A DNA stretch of 50,590 bases from Candidatus Limnocylindria bacterium (lineage in GTDB: Bacteria; Chloroflexota; Limnocylindria; QHBO01): NCBI GenBank assembly GCA_050695815.1, contig JBOGSW010000223.1, positions 1 through 50,590 of the forward strand. Reading direction: 5' to 3'. The notes under the pieces were generated by a model, which worked only from the letters and a program-made list of their open reading frames with translations, searched no databases and was not told where the DNA came from. Below, one piece after another: positions 18,680 through 26,526 of this stretch; the first letter of the stretch is position 1, and each line of letters opens with the position of its first letter. The translations under genes and the position numbers were made by a program.

Positions 18680-18918
18680 GCCTGCCGAGCCAGGAGCCGT
18701 ACGCCCGCTGGCCCGACCTTTTTGAGGGTACGAATGAGGGTACAGCGGGAGCGAGAAGGCCCGATTCGTGCTCAGAATCGGGCCTAGATGAGACTTGGTA
18801 CCGCATACCGGAATCGCGGCGAGCCTCCGGTGGATTCCGACTGAGTACGGTTGTTACGGTGGGCTCCGGCCAGCTACGGTGAGTTCCGGCCGGCTTGGGG
18901 GTACGAATGAGGGTACAG
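18680..18918 (-). repeat. Copy D, most complete composite tRNA-Glu 3'-end repeat (attP-like junction)
   Basis: GAGGGTACGAATGAGGGTACAG at 18724-18745. Perfect 10-bp hairpin at 18758-18784. tRNA 3' end at 18796-18815. Three T[AC]CGGTG..CCGGC motifs. GGGGGTACGAATGAGGGTACAG at 18897-18918. Confidence 0.9.
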
Positions 18919-19329
18919 CGTCACAACACCCAACAGCGTCAGCTCCGATTGCATTAAGGAGCTTGGTTTCGGCGCGCCCACCCGACGAATGCGATTAGGG
19001 CCACACTGCCAGGAATCCAATCGCTCTGCCGCCCACGGCAACCATCTGCAGGGGACGGCGGCGTCACCCCGCGCCGCGCCGACCGCGACTGCGAGTCCGG
19101 TGGCGGCGACTCCAACGGCCCACACCTCGCCCGCTAGGGAGCTGACGAGCACCGGACCGTCGCCGCGTCGGACGAGCGATGCTACCCATGCCGGGGATGA
19201 TCGCCACACCCCTACTCCATGGGGCGCGAGCTCCATGGGGCGCGAGGCCTCGATCGTGTCCCAGATTCCAGATGAGGTACCAAAGGAATCCAGCCAAGAT
19301 GAGCGCCAGCCCGGCCATTGGCTACTTTC

Positions 19330-19720
19330 AATTCGGACGGCGACAGCTGACCGAGGAAGCGGTGACGCCGGTGAGGGTTGTACCACGGCCTCGATGAAGT
19401 CGAACACGGCCAGGCGTGCATCGGCCCGGGTGCGCCAGCTGTGACGATCGATGAGCTCGGTCTCGAGAGCGAACCCCGTCTTCACAGTCGAAGCAGCTGC
19501 CGACCGCGCCCATCGAGGACACCGCCCCGAATTGAGCGCACGCCCACGACGTGAATTGGGTGCCCTGGTCCGAGTGAATCAGCTTGCCTTCCGGGTGGGA
19601 TGCTCGGTGATGTCGGTGCCCACAGCCGGTCAGGATCATCGCGCCCGAAGCGCCATTCGACGAGACCCATGGTGGCTCCTGCGCCGCACGGCAGCTGATT
19701 CCAGCTATCCGACTCCACGG
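19330..19720 (-). pseudogene. IS3-family transposase (OrfB, rve/DDE core) remnant
   Basis: Pieces lie in three frames: LIHSDQGTQFTSWA...SMGAVGSCFD, then ELIDRHSWRTRADARLAVFDFIEA, then WYNPHRRHRFLGQLSPSE. At least two frameshifts. No OrfA and no N-terminus. Confidence 0.75.
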
Positions 19721-19746
19721 AACGGTGGGCACCTCCTGTGGTCGTC

Positions 19747-20304
19747 CTAGACCTGTTCGCTTTGCGCTATATACTCGCGGGGAGTTGTCCCGAGAACGGC
19801 TCTCCACGCGGACTCCAAGTCCGAAATAAGCGCAGGCTCAAGGACATCAGCAAGCACGGCAGCACAAGACGCATTCCAGATCGCGATCACCGCGAGCCAG
19901 ACCTCCCCTCCAACTGCTCGCTCAAGCTCCGTGGTCGCCGTTCCTTCCACCCGGTTGGCTTCGAGTGCTCGTCGGATCGAACCAAACAGCCCTGTTGACG
20001 GATCTGACTTCGCGCGGTCCTCACGACCTGTCACTGCGGCGGCAAGTTCCGCGAGCATGCAAGTCCACATCTTCCGAAGGCTCCCTTTGTGACCCGCGTG
20101 CAGGGTGGCGCCTGCAGTTCCAGAGAACCAGAAGCGTTCATCCTGCGGCCACAACGCTGCCTTAGGTTGTGGCGCGGACAAGTGGTCACCTAGTCTGTCC
20201 AGATCGGTTCGGGTAATTGACCTGAGGTAGCGGCAGACTTGGGGAGCAATACCCGCAGGATCCCGCCGGCGTGTTCCGCCGGCCTTACCGGCATCAGCGG
20301 TCAC
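19747..20304 (-). CDS. Hypothetical cytoplasmic protein (helical)
   Basis: GTG start overlaps the upstream stop (GTGA). GC is lower than neighbouring DNA by eye. No family recognised. Confidence 0.5.
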   Translation of the reverse strand: MTADAGKAGGTRRRDPAGIAPQVCRYLRSITRTDLDRLGDHLSAPQPKAALWPQDERFWFSGTAGATLHAGHKGSLRKMWTCMLAELAAAVTGREDRAKSDPSTGLFGSIRRALEANRVEGTATTELERAVGGEVWLAVIAIWNASCAAVLADVLEPALISDLESAWRAVLGTTPREYIAQSEQV

Positions 20305-20924
20305 TTGCTACTGCCCTCGGGGACGAAGTAGTTCGCGCTACCGATGGTGGCGGACAAGAGAGCCTGGAGCAGAATCGCCCGGGAGTTCGTTGCGCCCGAG
20401 ATCACCACCCGGATGACCATCTGCGCCTGGTGCTGCTGGTTGTCGCCGATGGCGGTGCCGTCCCGGCGTGCGGCCCGGATGATGGATCGGACGTAGCCGG
20501 CCAGGGTCCCGCCGGACGTCAGCTGGTAGTAGTACTGCTGCATGTAGGCGTTCGACGGCGTCGGCATGGAGTTGGCGGTATTCCCGCCACCGCTCAGCCC
20601 GCCACTGGGTGTGGCACGGAGCATCCGCTGAGACGTCAGCCCGTAGGTGTTGGTCCAGGACGCATCGCGCGCCACGTTGGGAGCGCCACCCGTCGCGCGG
20701 GAGATGCTCGTGTAATAGAGGCGCCCGAAAGTCGGAATGGGCGAGGCTGCGTTGGGCTCGGGTGGGGCCTGGAGCTGGATCGGAGCTGCCGCCGGACGCG
20801 GAGCCTCGTCAGCGGTCTGCGCGCGCGACCCTGCCGTGGCGGTGTGCGGCAGTGAGCCATTGACGATCAGCGCGGAGAGGAGCAGCGCGCTCGTCCGCAT
20901 CAGGATCACCCGCGTTCCAGACAC
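20301..20924 (-). CDS. Hypothetical secreted protein
   Basis: Signal peptide MRTSALLLSALIVNGSLPHTATA, a Pro/Ala linker, then a Gly/Ser/Thr/Tyr-rich domain. No family recognised. Confidence 0.55.
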   Translation of the reverse strand: MSGTRVILMRTSALLLSALIVNGSLPHTATAGSRAQTADEAPRPAAAPIQLQAPPEPNAASPIPTFGRLYYTSISRATGGAPNVARDASWTNTYGLTSQRMLRATPSGGLSGGGNTANSMPTPSNAYMQQYYYQLTSGGTLAGYVRSIIRAARRDGTAIGDNQQHQAQMVIRVVISGATNSRAILLQALLSATIGSANYFVPEGSSK

Positions 20925-21083
20925 CGGTCCCCTCCGCCTCAGTCAGTCCGAACTTCCTGAGCTCCGACCATAGCACTCCAGCCTGCTGGTCAACTGCGAA
21001 TTGCCGCCGGGACGAGGCCTACAACAGCGCACTCGCTCCCACTCACATGGGGCGTCAGCCGATCTTCCGCTCCGGCGACCTTT

Positions 21084-21155
21084 AGGGGTACGAGTGAGGG
21101 TACAGCCGCACCGAAAAGGCCCAATTCGTGCTCAGAATTGGAGCTAGATGAGACT
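21084..21155 (-). repeat. Copy E: downstream flank of the intact tRNA-Glu, shared with copies A-D
   Basis: AGGGGTACGAGTGAGGGTACAG, hairpin, CTAGATGAGACT, directly abutting the tRNA CCA end. Confidence 0.85.
21111..21144 (-). terminator. Rho-independent terminator of tRNA-Glu
   Basis: Minus strand: hairpin GCTCCAATTC-tgagcac-GAATTGGGCC followed by TTTTCGG. Confidence 0.65.
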
Positions 21156-21232
21156 TGGTACCGCATACCGGATTCGAACCGGTGATCTCCGCCTTGAGAG
21201 GGCGGTGTCCTGGGCCTCTAGACGAATGCGGC
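21156..21232 (-). tRNA. tRNA-Glu (anticodon CUC), CCA encoded
   Basis: GCCGCATTCGTCTAGAGGCCCAGGACACCGCCCTCTCAAGGCGGAGATCACCGGTTCGAATCCGGTATGCGGTACCA. The D arm and anticodon stem are nearly identical to E. coli tRNA-Glu. Anticodon loop is CT-CTC-AA. Confidence 0.95.
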
Positions 21233-21369
21233 ACGCGTCTGAGCGTAGCCCGAGTCTAGCAACTGCCGCCGAGCCGATCAAACGCCTCAGGGTCGTCCTT
21301 GGGCTGGTACGGTTCTCCGATGAGACCGGATCTCCCGCCCCACGCCAGCGTCCGTCCAGCGGCACCGGG

Positions 21370-22404
21370 GTGACCTACCGCACGATCGTCGTCGGCACCG
21401 ATGGCTCGGCGACGGCCCGCCTGGCCGAAGCCCGAGCCGCGCAGCTGGCGAAGGCTCACGACGCGCAGCTGCTCATCGCGACCGCGTACCGGGACAATGC
21501 CGATAGAGCGCAGGAGGTGCTGGAGGCGTCCGCTCAGGCGGCGCGCGAGTCGTGGCCGCGTGTCGACGTTCGGGCTGTGCGCGGCGAGCCTGCCGAGGCC
21601 ATGGTGACCCTGGCACGCGACGAGCAGGCCGATCTCCTGATGGTCGGCAACAAGGGCATGTCCGGGCGAGCAGCGTTCCTGCTCGGCAGCGTCCCGGACC
21701 GGATCTCCCACAGTGCGCCATGCGATCTGCTGATCGTGAAGACGGCATCCGACGACGCGGCGCGCCGTGCCGAGGCGACGTACCGCACGATGCTTGTCGC
21801 GACCGATGGCACGCAGACGTCGCTGCAGGCCGTGAGGCGTGCCCAGGGCATCGGAGAGCGGACCGGCGCGAGGCCCGTCCTCTTCTACGCCGGCCACCCC
21901 AAGACTGCCGAGATCGTGTTCAAGGAGGTGGCGCGAGCGTACCTTCCGGCGGGGATGCTGCAGACGACCTCGAGCAGAGGCGATCCCGCCGATGCGATCT
22001 GCCGCCTGGCGGAGGACGAGGGGTACGACCTCATCGTGGTCGGGAACCGTGGGATGCTCGGTGGCAGGTTTCGCATCGGCACGATCCCGAACAAGGTGTC
22101 GCACCAGGCACCGACCGATCTGCTCATCGTGAAGACCACCTCGGACAATATCGACGATCTCTCGAACGGCGAGGGGGCGGTCGTGCGAATCGACGGCGAG
22201 GAGATCGCCGCCTACCGGGACGACGAGGGGGCCGTCCACCGGCTGTCCGCGCGCTGTGCGCACATGGGTTGCATCGTCGGCTGGAACCCCGACGACCGAA
22301 CCTGGGACTGCCCGTGCCACGGCTCACGCTACGACGCCGTCGGCGCCGTCATCCACGGCCCGGCCAAAACGGGACTCGCGAGCGCCGAGGGGGCAGAGGG
22401 TTAG
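21370..22404 (+). CDS. Tandem universal stress protein (2x Usp) fused to a C-terminal Rieske [2Fe-2S] domain
   Basis: Two Usp modules (YRTIVVGTDGS...GNKGMSG...VPDRISHSAPCDLLIV, then YRTMLVATDG...GNRGMLG...IPNKVSHQAPTDLLIV), then CAHMGC...CPCHGS. GTG start at 21370. Confidence 0.8.
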   Translation: MTYRTIVVGTDGSATARLAEARAAQLAKAHDAQLLIATAYRDNADRAQEVLEASAQAARESWPRVDVRAVRGEPAEAMVTLARDEQADLLMVGNKGMSGRAAFLLGSVPDRISHSAPCDLLIVKTASDDAARRAEATYRTMLVATDGTQTSLQAVRRAQGIGERTGARPVLFYAGHPKTAEIVFKEVARAYLPAGMLQTTSSRGDPADAICRLAEDEGYDLIVVGNRGMLGGRFRIGTIPNKVSHQAPTDLLIVKTTSDNIDDLSNGEGAVVRIDGEEIAAYRDDEGAVHRLSARCAHMGCIVGWNPDDRTWDCPCHGSRYDAVGAVIHGPAKTGLASAEGAEG

Positions 22405-22407
22405 CCC

Positions 22408-22875
22408 ATGTATCCCTGGGTCGTGTTCCTCCACGTCGCCGGCGCGTTCGGCTTCGTCCTCGCGCACGGCGTGTCGGTGTCGGTCATGTTCCGGTTGCGC
22501 ACGGAGCGCAAGCGCGAGCGGATCGAGACCCTGATCGAGCTTTCGAGCACCTCGATGACGGCCTTCTACGCGTCGATCTTGCTGCTCCTCGGCGCGGGGA
22601 TCCTGGCCGGCTTCATCGGAAGCTGGTGGAGGATGCTCTGGATCTGGGTCTCGCTCGGCCTGTTCATCGCCATCGCCGTCGCGATGTATCCACTTGCGAG
22701 CAGCTACTTCCGCCGCGTCCGGGCGGCGGTGGGGACGCGGCAATCCGGTGCGCCAGTGGCCAGCGACGAGGAGGTCGACGAGCTCCTGGCTTCGAGCCGG
22801 CCGCTGATCATCGCGCTCGTCGGATACGGGGGCATCCTCGTCATCCTGTGGCTGATGATCTTCAAGCCCTTCTGA
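22408..22875 (+). CDS. Integral membrane protein (4 TM, DUF2269-like)
   Basis: Starts 4 nt after the Usp-Rieske stop. Four hydrophobic helices. The family call is tentative. Confidence 0.6.
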   Translation: MYPWVVFLHVAGAFGFVLAHGVSVSVMFRLRTERKRERIETLIELSSTSMTAFYASILLLLGAGILAGFIGSWWRMLWIWVSLGLFIAIAVAMYPLASSYFRRVRAAVGTRQSGAPVASDEEVDELLASSRPLIIALVGYGGILVILWLMIFKPF

Positions 22876-22920
22876 CGCGCTCCGATGGCGCGCATTGCGC
22901 AACGGCGGCAGGGCCGCAAC

Positions 22921-23802
22921 CTAGCGGCGCGATCCCGCCGGCACTCCACCGGCCGAGGCGGCCATGGCGTGGCGTCGCTCCTCGAGCCAGCCCAGGACGC
23001 TCTGCGCGACCTCCGGCCACGATCGCTCCCCCATCACCAGGCCGAAGTGAGTGGCGGACGGGAAGTACTCGTAGCTCGCCCCGATCAGGTCGGCCGTGCG
23101 CCGCGTCTCGGTGGGATGGATCACGTCGTCCAACCCTGCGCCGATGACGAGGCTCGGGAGCTCGCGGATGCCCGACGGGTCGATCGCCACGCCGCGCATC
23201 CGCTCGCGTCGGGCGGGCCCGGACTCGTGCGCGCCGGCGAGGAGCTCGCTCATCTTCTCGATGTCGGCGTCGTCCATGTCGGGCATCCGCTCGCGCAGCT
23301 GCTCGTGCGTCCCGGTCCAGCCCCACCACGCGGCGTCGTACACGCCGGGGACCGCCTGCAGCTCGTGGTCGCTGGGCCGGCGCGGCAGGGCAGACGCAGG
23401 CGGCGATGGCGCCAGCAGCACGAGCCCCAGGACCGGATGGCGCTCGGCGTGCATGAGCGCTGCCAGTGCCCCGATCCCCCAGCCGATGAGCACGGCGGAT
23501 CGTCCGATGTGCCGCAGCGCGACCTCGATATCGTCGGCGTAGTCGCGCATGGTCGTGTCATCGAGCTCGGCGATGTCGCTGGTGAAGTGGCCACGGAAAT
23601 TCATGGCATGTGCCTCCCAGCCGCGCTCGGCCAAGAAGGCGGCGAACTCGGTCCACAGCCACGACCCGGTGAGGGCGCCGTGGATCAGCAGCAGCGGGGG
23701 CTTTCGGGAGCGACGCTCCGGTTGATGGGTCTCGAGGTGGATGCCCTCGGGCTCGATGAACGCCTCGTCGCGCTTGATCGCCTGCACCATCGGGCTCGTC
23801 AA
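22921..23802 (-). CDS. Alpha/beta-hydrolase-fold protein lacking the nucleophile serine
   Basis: PLLLIHGALTGSWLW. The elbow reads LIGWGIGA where GxSxG is expected. Asp (GLDDVI) and His (SATHFG) are retained. 4-nt overlap with the DUF1015 gene. Confidence 0.7.
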   Translation of the reverse strand: MTSPMVQAIKRDEAFIEPEGIHLETHQPERRSRKPPLLLIHGALTGSWLWTEFAAFLAERGWEAHAMNFRGHFTSDIAELDDTTMRDYADDIEVALRHIGRSAVLIGWGIGALAALMHAERHPVLGLVLLAPSPPASALPRRPSDHELQAVPGVYDAAWWGWTGTHEQLRERMPDMDDADIEKMSELLAGAHESGPARRERMRGVAIDPSGIRELPSLVIGAGLDDVIHPTETRRTADLIGASYEYFPSATHFGLVMGERSWPEVAQSVLGWLEERRHAMAASAGGVPAGSRR

Positions 23803-25166
23803 TCCTCCAACGGGTTGAAGACCATGCCGGTCAGCAGCTTGGGATAGAAGTAGGTCGACTTCTGCGGCATCGCGTCGCCGGCGCTCGCCACCTCTGCCAG
23901 CTGCCGGAGCGGCGTGGGACGCACCAGGATCGCGGCGGCAGCAGTGCCAGTCGCCACGCGCTCGCGCGCATCGGCCTCGCTCCTAGTGTAGGCGAGGTGC
24001 TCGCCGGCGGCGACAGCCTCCGGACCGATGCCGAGCCGATCCCCCAGCACCACCGTATGAAGTGCCGCCAGGTCGAGGGCGCGCACCGCGCAGCTCATCC
24101 GCTCACGCCGAAGCCGATCGGCGATGCCATCCCGATCCCCCACCAACAGGTAGCCTTCGTCGTCCGGCAGGACGAGCCCGAAGATCGGCTCCTCGCCGTT
24201 CCCGCGCTCGTCGAGCGCGGCGGCCAGCGCCGCCGGAGCCACGGGGATGGCCTGGAAGAGCGGATCATCGCCGGAGGCGATCGCGCGCAGCGCATCGGTC
24301 TCGACATCGACCAGGACCCGATGGGTGGCACGAATCTCGAGCTCGACGAGCTCCGCATTGACCAGCATCATCATGATCCAGTCGGCCGCCAGCCCCCCCG
24401 GCGCGGCAGACGCCCAGCGCGGGTCGGCGCGAATCTCGGCCTGGTACGCCAGCGCCGTCTCGTACCGATGATGGCCATCGGCGATGTACAGCGTCTGGCG
24501 TCCCAGGTAGTTGCGCAGGCGGTCGTCCGCCTCGATCGCGGCCAGCTGGTGGAGCAGCCCGTCGCCGTCACGCGCGCGCCATTCATCGGTCCATGCGCGG
24601 CTCATCAGGTGCTTGTATCGCTCGGAGCGGTCGAAGTACACGCTCAGGATCGGGCTGAGCTGTGTGCGCGTGGCGTGCAGCAGCGCCAGCCGATCCGCCT
24701 TCGGACCGGGCATCGTGTGCTCGTGCGGCCGGATGCCATCCCCGAATGGCTCCAGGAGGACGCGGACGACGATGCCTTCCACCGTCGGCGCATCAGGAGC
24801 CGATGCGGTGGCGTGCCGGTAGTAGTAGGCCGCGGGAACATCACGTCGCTCGAGCGTGCCGTCGTCGATCCAGGCGGCCAGGGTGGATGCTGCGGCCGCG
24901 TGGGGGGCGGGCTCGGCGCTGTATTCGAGTCGCACGGCGTTGCGCTCGTGGCGCCGCAGGAGCGCCCGCCGCTGCGGATCCGAGATGACGTCGTACGGAG
25001 GGCAGGCCAGGTCGGTGAGGTCGGCCAGCCGCGTGGGGGGCGCATCGGCGTCGTCGGCTGTGCGGACGCGATCGGGCACGGCGGTGCCGCCGAACCGGTC
25101 CAGGGCGTAGTGCAGGCCGCCGAACGGCGCGACTCGCGGCATGCGGCCAAGGATAGCCGCGGGCAT
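23799..25166 (-). CDS. DUF1015-family protein
   Basis: C-terminal MPQKSTYFYPKLLTGMVFNPL and internal LYIADGHHRYETAL are characteristic of the family. Alternative ATG at 25142. Confidence 0.8.
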   Translation of the reverse strand: MPAAILGRMPRVAPFGGLHYALDRFGGTAVPDRVRTADDADAPPTRLADLTDLACPPYDVISDPQRRALLRRHERNAVRLEYSAEPAPHAAAASTLAAWIDDGTLERRDVPAAYYYRHATASAPDAPTVEGIVVRVLLEPFGDGIRPHEHTMPGPKADRLALLHATRTQLSPILSVYFDRSERYKHLMSRAWTDEWRARDGDGLLHQLAAIEADDRLRNYLGRQTLYIADGHHRYETALAYQAEIRADPRWASAAPGGLAADWIMMMLVNAELVELEIRATHRVLVDVETDALRAIASGDDPLFQAIPVAPAALAAALDERGNGEEPIFGLVLPDDEGYLLVGDRDGIADRLRRERMSCAVRALDLAALHTVVLGDRLGIGPEAVAAGEHLAYTRSEADARERVATGTAAAAILVRPTPLRQLAEVASAGDAMPQKSTYFYPKLLTGMVFNPLED

Positions 25167-25378
25167 GGGACATCGGCCGAAGCCAGCGACCCGGGTGGAT
25201 TTCGCGGTCTATCGACCGATTTCGACAAGACCCTTGCGCTGGGCGCCCTGGCGTCGATTTATCATTCACCGGCCGGCGTGGGAGCGCTTCCGAGCCACCC
25301 TCACGAGAGCCGATTGCGCATAGATCGCGGATCCGCGACGTGGATCGGACCTCGTGACAACATCAAGCGATAGATCGC

Positions 25379-25440
25379 TCAGCCGAGGCTCAATTCGGGT
25401 TCGAGCCCCCGACGGCTGGGCGCGCACCCTCGGCCCGCGC
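25379..25440 (-). repeat. Imperfect tandem duplication of the queG 3' end
   Basis: 25379-25440 aligns with 25441-25500: TCAGC..GCTCAATTCGGGTTC.AGC.CCCG...CTGGGCGCGCACC.TCGGCCCGCGC. Confidence 0.8.
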
Positions 25441-26526
25441 TCAGCGGCTCAATTCGGGTTCCAGCACCCGCAGTGCCTGGGCGCGCACCTCGGCCCGCGC
25501 GTCGACTGCGGCCCGCTCGAGCAGCGGCGCCGAACCGGCCGGCAGCGGGTCCACGTTGCCGAGCGCCGCGATGGCGTTCCGCAACAGGCGATGCCTCCCC
25601 GCCCGACGCAGCGCGGACGCACCGAGGGCGCGGCCGAAGGCTCGTGCGCCCATCGGCAGCAGCCAGTCGATGAGCGGCAGCAGCGGGACGAGCAGGGGTC
25701 CGGTGTCGTCGGCGTCGGCGTTGACGGGGCAGACCTCCTGGCACACGTCGCAACCGAAGATCCAGTCGTCGAGCGCGGCCGCCTCCCAGGGCGCCAGCAC
25801 GCCCGGATGCTCGATGGTGAGGTAGCTGATGCAGCGCCGCGCGTCGATCGTCTGCGGACCGATGAGCGCCCCGGTCGGGCAGCCGGTCAGGCAGCGCGTG
25901 CACGAGCCGCAGGTCGTCCGGATCGGCTCATCGGTGGGAAGCTCCGCCGACGACAGGATGGCCCCCAGGAAGACCCACGAGCCGGCGGGGGCATGGGTCA
26001 GCAGGTTGGTGTTCTTGCCGATCCAGCCCATGCCGGTCCGGGCGGCCAGGGCGCGCTCGGCCAGCGGCCGGTCGTCGACGTATGCCACCTCGCCGGCCGG
26101 CAGCCCTGCGGCGCGGAGGTCGGCGGCCAGCGCCTCGAGACGCTCGCGAAGCGCCACGTGGTAGTCGGTCCCGAGCGCATAGCGCGCCACGCGCCCGGCG
26201 GGCAGCGCCGGCGAGGCATCCAGCACCGGGGCGAGGGCGGCGTGGAGCGCACCGGGAGCGGGATCCCACGCGGCTCGGCCGGCCCCGACGTACGGAGCGG
26301 CCACGACCAGGACGGAACGGGCGTCCGGCTCGTGCTGCCGCGGGTCGGTGGCGATCCGCGGACGGTCGCCGCCCATCCACTCCATCGTGCCCATGCGGCC
26401 GGCCGCCACGCTGGCCGTCATGCGGTCACGGTCGTCGGTGAGCGGGTCGGCGTCGGTGACGCCGACGACCTCGAGGCCGTGGCGGGCGGCCAGGGCGGCC
26501 AGCCGCTGACGTGGGTCTGCCGTCAT
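25441..26526 (-). CDS. queG: tRNA epoxyqueuosine(34) reductase
   Basis: CGSCTRCLTGCPTGAL, CISYLTIE and FGCDVCQEVCPVN 4Fe-4S motifs, plus a C-terminal HEAT-like tail. Confidence 0.9.
   Translation of the reverse strand: MTADPRQRLAALAARHGLEVVGVTDADPLTDDRDRMTASVAAGRMGTMEWMGGDRPRIATDPRQHEPDARSVLVVAAPYVGAGRAAWDPAPGALHAALAPVLDASPALPAGRVARYALGTDYHVALRERLEALAADLRAAGLPAGEVAYVDDRPLAERALAARTGMGWIGKNTNLLTHAPAGSWVFLGAILSSAELPTDEPIRTTCGSCTRCLTGCPTGALIGPQTIDARRCISYLTIEHPGVLAPWEAAALDDWIFGCDVCQEVCPVNADADDTGPLLVPLLPLIDWLLPMGARAFGRALGASALRRAGRHRLLRNAIAALGNVDPLPAGSAPLLERAAVDARAEVRAQALRVLEPELSR

Larger units (their letters stand above)
119..21232 (-). mobile_element. Putative array of four att-bounded, integrase-less segments accreted at tRNA-Glu (degenerate integrative elements / CIME-like)
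   Basis: Same-orientation copies of the tRNA 3' end plus flank at 119, 2760, 4429 and 18796, and the intact tRNA at 21156. Lower GC by eye in segments 240-2689 and 18918-21084. IS3 remnant present. No integrase ORF seen. Confidence 0.4.

Noticed and set aside
18796-18851. A 56-nt tRNA-like segment in the repeat arm (minus strand ACCGTAC...ATGCGGTACCA), considered as a mini-tRNA or pseudo-tRNA
   Set aside because: It is too short and has no D or anticodon arms. Only 6 of 7 acceptor pairs form. Similarity of the arm to the tRNA body is faint and could be chance in GC-rich DNA.
18874-19485. 203-aa minus-strand ORF spanning the IS3 remnant and repeat copy D
   Set aside because: It is a chimera. 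Only the first about 30 residues match the IS3 transposase C-terminal region, and the end is translation of the repeat. The TM-like stretch in between (see also ORF 19064-19318) may be another broken gene, but it cannot be supported.
1-21232. Integron-like cassette array with the repeats acting as attC sites
   Set aside because: No IntI-type integrase or attI is visible. Segments contain genes on both strands, and one is 14 kb long. The repeats carry a tRNA 3' end, which fits tRNA-targeted integration better.
25396-25411. T-arm-like CGGGTTCGAGCCCCCG, and GCGGCGCCACCA at 2961-2972, considered as additional tRNA or tmRNA ends
   Set aside because: No matching acceptor stem, D arm or anticodon arm can be drawn around either. 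The first lies inside the duplicated queG 3' end.
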